A stretch of 64,000 nt of DNA from Haliotis cracherodii. Lineage: Eukaryota. The notes beneath the pieces are model-generated. The model did no database searches. It had not been told where the DNA came from and saw only the letters and a program-made list of their open reading frames with translations. The stretch lies in contig NW_027266282.1 in assembly GCF_022045235.1 (NCBI RefSeq), positions 4,960,001 through 5,024,000 of the forward strand, read 5' to 3'. This document shows positions 26,590 to 37,002 of this stretch, piece by piece. Each line of letters opens with the position of its first letter. The first letter of the stretch is position 1. The translations under genes and the position numbers were made by a program.

Positions 26590-27645
26590 CTGGGTTGTCT
26601 GGATCATATTTCTTAAGTTCATGTTGTCAAGCACTGGATTATCTGGACCATTATTCTTTATTTCATGCTGTCAACCACTGGCTTGTTTGGACCATATTTC
26701 TTTAGTTCATGTTGTCAAGCACTGGATTATCTGGACCATTATTCTTTATTTCATGCTGTCAAGCACTGGCTTGTCTGGACCATAATTCTTTAGTTCATGT
26801 TGTCAATAACTGGCTTGTCTGGACCATAATTCTTTAGTTCACGTTGTCAAGCACTGGGTTGTCTGGACCATAATTCCTTAGTCCATGTTGTCAATAACTG
26901 GGTTATCTGGACCATAATTCTTTAGTCCATGCTGTCAACCACTGGGTTGCCTGGACCATATATCTTTAGTTCATGTTGTCAACCACTGGGTTGTCTGGAC
27001 CATATTTCTTTAGTTCATGTTGTCAGCCAATGGCTTGTCTGGACCATATTTCTTTAGTTCATGTTGTCAACCACTGGCTTGTCTGGACCATAATTCTTTA
27101 GTTCATGTTGTCAACCACTGGGTTGTCTGGACCATAATTCTTCAGTTCATGCTGTCAAGCACTGGGTTGTCTGGACCATAATTCTTTTGTCCATGTTGTC
27201 AATGACTGGGTTATCTGGACCATATGTCTTTAGTTCATGTTGTCAACCACTGGCTTGTCTGGACCATATTTCTTTAGTTCATGCTGTCAACCATTGGAGC
27301 ATCTAGACCATATTTCTTCAGTTCATGCTGTCAACCACTGGCATGTCTAGACCATATTTCTTCGGTTCATGCTGTCAAGCACTGGGCTGCCTGGACCATA
27401 TTTCTTTAGTTCATGTTGTCAACCACTGGCTTGTCTGGACCATAATTCTTTATTTCATGCTGTCAATAACTGGGTTATCTGGACCATAATTCTTTAGTTC
27501 ATGCTGTCAACCACTGGGTTATCTGGACCATAATTATTTAGTTCATGCTGTCAACCATTGGAGTATTTAGACCATATTTCTTTAGTTCATGTTGTCAACC
27601 ATTGGAGCATCTAGACCAAATTTCTTTAGTTCATGTTGTCAATGA
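26590..27645. repeat. 44-bp minisatellite, about 24 copies
   Basis: Unit ggaccataattctttagttcatgttgtcaaccactggcttgtct repeated head-to-tail. Confidence 0.92.
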
Positions 27646-27950
27646 TAGGTCTTGTCAGGGCCAGACTAAATTCATCTGTTAATGTTATCTGGGTTGTCTG
27701 ACACTGGGCCATGATGCATTTGTTCTGACCCAAACGGTATTTGTTCATGCTGTCAACCATTGATCGTGAATTCTTTCTATCAGGGGTTGTCTTCCCCTGC
27801 ATGGCTTCAAAGTACCTCATACCTCGTCATAACGTTTTACAGACTCGTGATTGAACTAGAATATTGCAGACGGCTGCGAAAGACAAAAGTCACCCACTCA
27901 CTGCTGTGTCTGGTTCACACTCTGTTGTGGAAGGAACATGAAGTGAGAGA

Positions 27951-28215
27951 TTGGTTGGTTTGTTGTTTTACGCCGCACTAAGCAATATTCCAGCTATATG
28001 GCGGCGGTCTGTAAATAATCGAGTCTGGACCAGATAATCCAGTGATTGATATCATGAGCATCAATACACGCAACTGGGATCGATGACATGCATCAACCAA
28101 GTTAGCGAGCCTGACCACCCGATCCCGTTAGTCGCCTTTTACGACAAGCATAGTCGCCTTTTATGGCAAGCATGGGTTGCTGAAGACCTATTCTACCCCG
28201 GAATCTTCACGGGTC
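27951..28215 (-). mobile_element. Full-length SINE family B
   Basis: Perfect 12-bp TSD TGAAGTGAGAGA (27939-27950, 28216-28227); (CAAC)n-like tail; many copies in the window. Confidence 0.88.
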
Positions 28216-28399
28216 TGAAGTGAGAGAAATATTGCTGCAACGTTGTAGTTAAACACACACTTAAAGATATTCCAGGTAGATCTACATCGATATCATACAA
28301 AAGTGTATGAAAATATACAGAAAAGAACAAAGCTCTGACCTTTCTGCATGTATGCGCAGACAAATAATTAATTGTTCTTCATAATTTAGGTGATGCAGT

Positions 28400-30688
28400 A
28401 TGACGTCAACGCTACTAAAAGGAACAATCCTAAGTTCTCAAGAAGACATCATCTACAGGCTTTGCAAACAGCCGTTCTCCTCCCCAAAACTTCTGACGTG
28501 TCTCCATTCGTTCTGCCAGCTTTGTATTGAAGAGCGTCTTACAACCGATGGTGGAGACCATGTCTTCCAGTGTCCTCTGTGCAAGCATCAAACACGATTA
28601 CAGACGAAATCTGCGAGTTCTCTAACAACAAACTTCTATGTACTCGGGCGTCAAAGGGTGTATGCTTGTCGCGCGTCAAAAGCATCAGGCTGCGTGGTTT
28701 GTTCAATGAAAGGCGACTTTTCTGACTCAACTCACCATTGCCTGGATTGTGGCGACAAACTTTGTAAGACATGTTCCACGGGACATAACTCTTCAACTCT
28801 TACTGCAACACATCGAGTGGTCTCCCTTGATGAGCTCAAGGAGGGTCATTACGACAGACATCTTTTACAGAGAGAGGAACGGATTTGTGAAAAACATTGC
28901 GAGGGTTTGGCGATTTTCTGTCAGACATGTTCTGAGGCATTGTGTGTTCAATGTGTCGTTGCTGAACACACGGAACACCAGTTCGAGACTGTGGGTGAGA
29001 CTGTCGAAAAGAGACGTCAGTCCATGAAACAGGCACTGACAATGGTGGTAGCCACGTCTTCCAATATCCAGGACTCTGCCAACACACTACAAGCAGAGAT
29101 AGATCAGTTGAACAAAGAGGAAGAGATATTTGTAAGTGACCTGACTTCATCAGTTGAGGCAGTGATGGAGAAGATCGGGGAGAAGAGTTCTGAGGTGTTG
29201 GAGAAGGGCAGGAGAAGTTTTGAGGACGAGAGGATGAAGAGACAAAGGATGCTGGAGTTGATGAATTCGGAGTCTGAAAGGAGGGAGGAGATTGTCAGTG
29301 TGTGTCGACAGGTGGAAGAGGGTGATGATCTGACGCTCCTTTTGATGTGCAAAACCCTCAATGAAGGGTTGAAAGGGGTTACGATGTTTAAACAGTTCAC
29401 AAAGGCAGTTGATAATGTGTCTGCCAGAGAACCTCTGACAAAGTTCAAAATGGACATCTCCTTACCACTTGATACTGAATTCTTGACATTGGGTGAAATA
29501 TCCGTGACAGGTGACCACTTGCCTCTATCTAGCCCAATGCCTTATGTTAACGTTTCTCGCACTCTGGAACCTGGATCAGCCAAAGAAAGTGATGACCTAC
29601 CAAACTCTGACTTCAAGCGCTTGACATCCAATTTACCCGGAGCGGGTTCTGGCAAGGTTGAGACAAGGACTCCTTCACGCAGGGCTGTTAGTGACCCATC
29701 AGAACACCGTCAACAAAGAGATGTCGAACATCCACAGACCAGTAAACCCGTAGTGACAGGTCACAATGGACATGTCCATGAAAGCACATGTCCTTCAGTC
29801 CTGGAACAGGAGCTGGTGGTGGACACAACCAGTGAGGAAAGAAGTGAAAAGAACGATGGAGTTGAGGAGGTTGATAATGAGGCACAGTACATGGTATATA
29901 AACGTCAGTTCAGTGTTCACATAGGAACAGACCGTTCGCAGACAATGCTGTCCTGCATGGCTCTACGTCCTAATGGAACCCTCCAAGTTCTAGACGAACC
30001 CAATACAAAATTAAAAGTCTTTAAAACCAATGGTCAGTTTGTATATTCAGTTTTACAAAAAGGAAAATGTCAGTTGTTTAAACAGTTTGTGCATTTTGGC
30101 GATGGCGACAAGATTTTTGCTATTTATGAAAACAACCTGTTGATCTTAACACGTCATTTAAAGATTGTGTCTGAACAGCTGCTGATGCAAAAACAGGACA
30201 TGGTTTGTGAACCTATTGTGGCTAACTTTGGTGAGCACATTCTTATCGGTAATCTGCCACACAGGGAGATGAGAGTGATGACTACATCAGGGAAGGTGAT
30301 CAGAAAGTGGTCCAGTCAGGTCACCGGCGAGATGACGTCACTGAGACACGTGGCAGACGATGCTGTCATCTCCTGCACATGGGAAGGAAAAGGTGCCGTA
30401 TGTCTGGAATCTGAGGAAGATGGTTGTCTTCTTAAAATCAATGGACGAAAACGGAATGGCATGAATTGGCGACCATCACACGCAATCTTCGGCATAAAGG
30501 GTCAAACGATTGTGTCTGATATGCACAGGAATGACATCTTGATTTTCTCTCCTCGGGGAAAAGCTTTGTGCGTTGTTGACACGTTACAGCACCATTTGTC
30601 GCAACCCAACTGTTTGCTGTTAGGGGATGGTGGAAATGTGTATGTTTCGTGTAAAGATGGAGTGATAGCGGTGTATGAATTACAGTAA
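28400..30688 (+). CDS. TRIM-NHL protein, 762 aa, head-to-head paralogue of TRIM1; first RING Cys replaced by Tyr (TRIM2)
   Basis: Same RBCC-NHL layout; IIYRLCKQ..CLHSFCQLC..CPLC; uninterrupted ORF; acceptor tttag|GTGATGCAGT-ATG homologous to that of TRIM1. Confidence 0.9.
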   Translation: MTSTLLKGTILSSQEDIIYRLCKQPFSSPKLLTCLHSFCQLCIEERLTTDGGDHVFQCPLCKHQTRLQTKSASSLTTNFYVLGRQRVYACRASKASGCVVCSMKGDFSDSTHHCLDCGDKLCKTCSTGHNSSTLTATHRVVSLDELKEGHYDRHLLQREERICEKHCEGLAIFCQTCSEALCVQCVVAEHTEHQFETVGETVEKRRQSMKQALTMVVATSSNIQDSANTLQAEIDQLNKEEEIFVSDLTSSVEAVMEKIGEKSSEVLEKGRRSFEDERMKRQRMLELMNSESERREEIVSVCRQVEEGDDLTLLLMCKTLNEGLKGVTMFKQFTKAVDNVSAREPLTKFKMDISLPLDTEFLTLGEISVTGDHLPLSSPMPYVNVSRTLEPGSAKESDDLPNSDFKRLTSNLPGAGSGKVETRTPSRRAVSDPSEHRQQRDVEHPQTSKPVVTGHNGHVHESTCPSVLEQELVVDTTSEERSEKNDGVEEVDNEAQYMVYKRQFSVHIGTDRSQTMLSCMALRPNGTLQVLDEPNTKLKVFKTNGQFVYSVLQKGKCQLFKQFVHFGDGDKIFAIYENNLLILTRHLKIVSEQLLMQKQDMVCEPIVANFGEHILIGNLPHREMRVMTTSGKVIRKWSSQVTGEMTSLRHVADDAVISCTWEGKGAVCLESEEDGCLLKINGRKRNGMNWRPSHAIFGIKGQTIVSDMHRNDILIFSPRGKALCVVDTLQHHLSQPNCLLLGDGGNVYVSCKDGVIAVYELQ

Positions 30689-31144
30689 AACTACTGTATC
30701 TTTTAAAAGGTGCAAGATTGAATTGCCATATTTTTGCATTCCTTGAATGCTTTTATTTATGTTGAATTGAAAAATAATTTCCAAAATATGTGAAAATATA
30801 ACACAACAGGGAAACAAAATGGTTTGTCTGGTCAGATTCAATTGTTCACTTGGCTGGAATCTTGATGAGCATGTCGTTAAACAACAGTCAAACACTGGCC
30901 ATTGCTATTACACGGATGTTTCGCGCTTCCTCGATATAACGCTTATCACAGCATGTGTTCTCAAACTTTGTTTTGTAGCCTGAACATGGACAATAGGTTG
31001 ATTTATGTCTTTGACACAGATTCACGAGTTTCCTGACTTATTTTCTAAATAAAAAGAGCTGATGTTTAAACATTCTTTGACTTCCGTTTCTCTAGACTTT
31101 CCTTGTGGCTCATTGTTACTATTGTCGCTGATTGAACACGTGGG

Positions 31145-31445
31145 CTTATATGATTATACATGAGTATATGTCATGCCTATACATTATTATAGGTGATCAT
31201 GCCTGAGCATACATGAGTATAGGTGTTTATACGCGAGTATAGGTGATAATACATGAGTATAAGTCATGCCAGAGCATGCATTATTATAGGTGATTTTACC
31301 TAAGTATGCATGAGTACAGGTGATTATACACACGTATAGGTCATTATGCACGAGTGTAGGTCATTTTACCTGAGTAATGGTGATTATACCTGATCATAGG
31401 TGATTATACCTGAGCCTACAATAGTATAGATGATCATATACATGG
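31145..31445. repeat. Degenerate minisatellite of about 20 bp (tgattatacatgagtatagg)
   Basis: Imperfect direct repeats visible. Confidence 0.65.
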
Positions 31446-31865
31446 TTTCATAAAGCGAGTGTCAGCATGTTCTTGTTGCCCGAGCGAGACAGTCTTTTCG
31501 TAACATCCATGCGACACATACACACTGATGTATGTGTTCGTGTGAAAATATCTGGTTCTACTCGTGTCAAGTGCTGCACAGCGCTGTAATCCCTATCAGC
31601 TGTAGACATACTAGAGATCAAACGTTCACGAGATAACTGCGGCTAGACATAGCAACATTCAAAAAAGAAATTGCCGTACGTCCTTGAAAAACAACCCTGG
31701 TCAGAAGCCGACGCACCGAAAGATATACTCGTATCTGAAGAGAAAACAAATTCTCAACCAAAATAAACTTTTAACTCATAACTTTTTAATTCATCTCACC
31801 AACTTTTGAATCAAACTGGTGACACATTTATGAAAACTCCTCTCAACAAGTAACCGCATAAAGTA

Positions 31866-32140
31866 GTGAGTAAGTCAGTTGGGTTTAACGCCGCTTTTAA
31901 CAGTATTCCAGTTATATCGTGGCGTGTCAGCTTAATGTGGGAGGAAAGCTCGAGGTGATGCAGGTCTCTGACGTTTACCACTTCGGTGAAACCCACGAGT
32001 ACGGGTATGGTGCTGACAAACCTAGAAACATCATCGGGGCGAACAGGGATTCGAACACACAATCATAGGTTTCTGGCGTGCCAATGGACGCAACTCTGCA
32101 CAGCGAATCGCGGCGCCTTAGACGACTGGGACAGCCGGGC
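31866..32140 (-). mobile_element. tRNA-derived SINE family D
   Basis: Minus strand starts cccggctgtcccagtcgtctaaggcgcc..gttcgaatccc and ends in a (CACT)n-like tail. Other copies at about 34897-35135, 20668-20781, 34695-34790, 42685-42786, 48828-48925. Confidence 0.75.
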
Positions 32141-32571
32141 GCCTCCTGCTTAAGGTAAGATACATTTTAACACGATGCAATGAAGACTGCTGCATTGTCG
32201 GGAATGGTGATGATAAATCAAGGTAATAAAACGCATCGTGACTTGCTCCTGATAGTGAGTGAGTATGGTTTTTCGCCGATTTTATCAATATTCCAGCGAT
32301 ATCACGGCACGGGCACAGAAATGGGTAATCGAACGCTTTAACCACTGGGCTACCCCACCGCCCCTGCCCCTAGTAAGTGATTAAGGACAAATATATATAT
32401 TTGTATGTATGTACTATATTATTATCATTAGTAGTAGTAGTATCATTATCATAATTGTCCATCATTATTGATAAGTACATACAAATATGAGCTAGTTCCA
32501 CACAAAGCATGCGCGTAGCGTTTACAATTATGCATCTGATCATGATCAACATATCTATGTACATTGAATTT

Positions 32572-33387
32572 GCATTCTCAGCACATTCTCATTCTACCTG
32601 AGACACATTCTCAGCACATCCTCATCTTACCTGAGACACATGCTCAGCACATTATCATCCTACCCGAGACACATTCTCAGCACATTCTCATCCTACCTGA
32701 GACAAATTCTTAGTACATTCTCATCTTACCTGAGACACATTCTCATCCTATCTGAGACACATTCTCAGCACATTCTCATCCTACCTGAGATACATTCTCA
32801 GCACATACTCATCCTACCTGAGACACATTCTCATCCTATCTGAGACACATTCTCAGCACATTCTCATCCTACCTGAGACACATTCTCAGCGAATTCTCAT
32901 CCTACCCGAGACACATTCTCATCCTACCTGAGACACATTCTCAGCACATTCTCATCCTACCTGAGACACATTCTCATCCTATCTGAGACACATTCTCAGC
33001 ACATTCTCATCCTACCTGAGACACATTCTCAGCGAATTCTCATCCTACCCGAGACACATTCTCATCCTACCTGAGACACATTCTCAGCACATTCTCATCC
33101 TACCCGAGACACATTCTCAGCACATTCTCATCCTACCTGAGACACATTCTCAGCACATTCTCATCCTACCTGAGACACATTCTCAGCACATTCTCATCCT
33201 ACCTGAGACACATTCTCATCTTACCTGAGACACATTCTCAGCACATTCTCATCCTACCTGAGACACATTCTCAGCACATTCTCATCCTACCTGAGACACA
33301 TTCTCAGCACATTCTCGTCATACATGAGACTCATTCTCATCCTACCTGAGACACATTCTCAGCACATTCTCATCATACATGAGACAC
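32572..33387. repeat. 33/22-bp minisatellite built from 11-bp subunits
   Basis: (cacattctcag)(cacattctcat)(cctacctgaga), with frequent loss of one 11-mer. Confidence 0.9.
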
Positions 33388-33487
33388 TGCTGGATTAAGA
33401 GATTGTATAACTTTGTTAAGAAGATATTGTTGTATGACCTTGATTTTGACACTAAAGACCCGAGCACAAATGTGTGTTTATTATGTG

Positions 33488-33555
<68 letters not shown>
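33488..33555. repeat. (GATA)n microsatellite
   Basis: About 17 perfect copies. Confidence 0.97.
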
Positions 33556-33556
<1 letters not shown>

Positions 33557-34289
33557 AGATGCAGGGGTTTAATCAGGTGGTGTCTAAATTACTTTAGTTA
33601 ATGAACATATGTCTCAGCATTGATTCTTTTAACGAAATACATTATCATAAAGACATTACTCTTCTGTGTTTCCGTATCTTAGATATGGACAGATAGACGA
33701 TGGATACACACGTCACGACATAGTCATTTAAAGCGTCAGTTCAGGTGAGCTAAAAGTCGGTCTAACATTCATGTCACAGTACACCACATTTACACATCCT
33801 AACAACGCTTTATAGCAGGGCAATTTATCACTGATATTGTACTGATATTAGATATAGGGTGTGTCGAAAGAAGCCCATATGCATGTGACATGGATTTGTA
33901 TCATATTCACAAGCAGTCAGCATTTTGGATGTGTGTCATAATCACATGCAGGCAGCAGTTAAACCCGGTTTAACCTGAATAGTGTACTTACTTATAATTC
34001 ATATTCAAGTTTTCACTTACGAAATTATCCCTTGAAGTAAGTTATATGATAGACTATATAACATTACTTGTCATCTTGTCGGCTGATTTTGACCGATATA
34101 TACATTGACAACATGCATAATTTCGTCGTTTTGAATATCATTTTTCAGTCGCTTAGGTTTGCCACAATAGTCTTCCTATCCGAATTGTGACTAGCATCTG
34201 GCAGATGAAATAATTATTCGGTTGTTCGGTTTTATTTTTGTAAGACAACAAACTGTACCGGAATAATTTGAAAAAAATTTCCTTTAGGG

Positions 34290-34600
34290 GCACAAGCAGC
34301 GGTAGGCCCAACCCAACAGGATATATATATATGCCAAATCCCCTGCTACTGAGCACTACTGTGGCCACCGCATTGAAGAAACCCTCAGACCCCCCAACAC
34401 CAGACTCAAGGAGCACCAGACATCTATCAACAAACTAGACCTCAAATCCGCTATTTCCGAACACATCCTCAAGAACCAAGACCATAACATCACGTGGGAA
34501 GTCTTGTTGGTACTCCGAAACGTGTTCCTAATAATGAAGAAGTTTACATCCATAAATTATCTTCCTTATGTGTATCACTTCTAAATGCCTTTCAAAGATT
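34290..34600 (+). mobile_element. Penelope-like retroelement fragment (GIY-YIG endonuclease plus 3' end)
   Basis: Decayed G-IY-QIPC..(YIG)ET, then TLRPPNTRLKEHQTSINKLDLKSAISEHILKNQDHNITWE from 34381; the 3' tail is shared with 4843-5048. Confidence 0.8.
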
Positions 34601-35758
34601 TATGCTTCGGACTGTTGAAAAAATTAAAAATGCATGCTACAAAAATTACATTGTTACAAGGTGTTTTTCTTAGCCTTTCTTCTTCCTTCTGTTACCAACT
34701 GATGCAGTTCTGGAACCCACAATCATAGGATCCGGCATGAGTAAGGGACGCAACTGCGCATAGCGATTTGCGGCGCCTCAGATGAGTGGATCAACCTTGC
34801 TTCCTGCTTACATTGAAAGTCATTGTTTGTCATCACTGATTTTCAGTGATCCATTCACATAATTTCCACTGCTATTTTGCCCTTTACGTCCAATGGTGAG
34901 TGAGTGAGTTGGGTTAAACGCCGCTTTTAACAGTATTACAGTTATATCGCGGCGCGTCAGCTTAATGTGGGAGGAAAGCCCCATGTGATGTAGGTCTCAG
35001 ACGTTTACCACTTCGGTGAAACCCACGAGCACGGGTTTGGTGCTGACAAACCTAGAAACATCATCGGGGCGTACAGGGATTCGAACCCACAATCATAGGT
35101 TTCTGGCGTGCCAATGGACGCAACTCTGCACAACCGGGATTCGAACACGTCCAATTGAATCTGTTTCATTGGATAATGGAGACTGAATCTCTGGCAGTTA
35201 CGTTAAATTGTTTGTTGAGCAGATTGTAAATAATACAAAGCAAATATGATTTTACATTGTTTTATTTTACCGACAAATACAAGTAAAATGTGCTTAATGT
35301 TCTTAATGTGGTCTTTTACAGGGAAAGGACGCCTCGCATATATTTCCTTAAAACCTGAAGTTAGTGTGTTCCTTCTCAAGTTGTTCATGTGCTTTGTTTG
35401 TTCGTTGTTCTCGCCTCAGACAGCAATATTCAACAATATCACGACAGTCTGTAAATAAGCGGATCTGAGCGAGACAAACCAGTGGTTGATATTATGACGC
35501 TCAACGCCAACAGAGTAGGATGACACGCAATCAACCCAGTCTCCGACCCGGACGGAAACTGACCACACGATCCAATTTAGTCGCTTCCTGAGCAAGCATT
35601 AGAGTTCTATGGGCCTATTCCAAACCGGCTTCCATCAAGGACATTTAGAAAATCAATCCACTGTTTTGAAATTTGATGTAGTCCTGCTGTACAGATACGT
35701 CTTATTTTAATTTGGAACCGAGTGTTTTATCTACACAACAGTGGTACATCAAATTTCT

Positions 35759-35893
35759 GATTTACTGTAGATTTGCTGTAGATTTACTGTAGATTTGCTG
35801 TGGATTTACGGTAGATTTACTGTAGATTTGCTGTAGATTTACTGTAGATTTACTGTAGATTTGCTGTAGATTTACTGTAGATTTACTGTAGAT
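35759..35893. repeat. 11-bp tandem repeat (gattt(a/g)ctgta)n
   Basis: About 12 copies. Confidence 0.92.
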
Positions 35894-37002
35894 TTTATCG
35901 GAATGAGCCTGATGGTACAACGTGATGTCCAATGGAACTGGACTGAACAGCCCTATTCCAGGCTGCAGACGAGATGGCTATTTTGCCACCAGTCATTTCA
36001 AGATTTCACGGCATTCAACGCCAGCGTGTGGAATAATGTGACCATCGTGGCCCATAAACAGTGGTTCGTGTATGATTTGCCTAAATGTGCGTGTTCTGAA
36101 ATGATTTCATCAAGTTAGATAAGTTTGTATGATCAAGTGCCTGTGCTGTGACTTCAGTGATGTCAGAACATTGTTTTCGTGGCCTTTCAAAGGGAGTAGT
36201 GTTTTCTGACGGACTTTCAAATCCCCAACTCACTAGTCCTGACGGTGGTGGTTGACTGAGATTGAAATGAATGCGTATCACAAAGAGCTGTGTGAACAGC
36301 ATGGTGTCATGAATAAAGTTTTTTTAAACACTTTTTTTATAATGTTATATTTTACTTTCACTGTCGGTTGTTTCAATGAGGAAATTGCCTGTTCGCCATC
36401 GAACATAGTTTCATAAACATTATCATGTGTATGCAAAAGATGTGTCCTCATCTTGTAATCTCACAATCGAAGCAGTCCGGGATGGAACGTCATCGCCAAA
36501 AACATCCGATCCCAAACTACTGTATTTCTTCTTTTACAAGCAAGGCCGTGTATTAATTTCAGGAGAGCCGTTGACCCGGCGTGAATTAGAGACCTGGTTT
36601 GTATTTGAGATCCAGCATATAGTAGAGGAAATATCGATACTGGATAGTTCTTATCGGTGATCGGCATCCCTATCACGATATGTAGATTATCGATGTTTTC
36701 ATACGCACATAAACTGTGTGAAAGGCCTAATATAAATTTGGCAGGTATCTGTAGCAAAAAGGAAACCTCTTTTTTACCCATCAGAATCAAGCATTCTTCA
36801 TTGTCATGGGCCATAAGGGTCAGGCATTCTTGTAGTTGTAGCTTTATATGTCTATATTTTCCATATTACAAATAACATTTGTTCCCCTATATAATTAATG
36901 TTGGATCATGATTTGTCAATATTATGAGGTGAGCGTTTTGGGTAACATATTTCAGGGCTGTATTTATTTTACCATTCTGTCCTGTATTGTAACTGTCCAT
37001 GT

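Noticed and set aside
26590-27645. CRISPR-like array (also considered for the 39-, 33- and 29-bp repeats)
   Set aside because: Units are contiguous with no unique spacers, there are no cas genes, and the context is eukaryotic.
36427-36875. Short ORFs downstream of TRIM copy A as a captured or viral gene
   Set aside because: No recognisable motif and no consistent frame; it cannot be supported without a BLASTX search.
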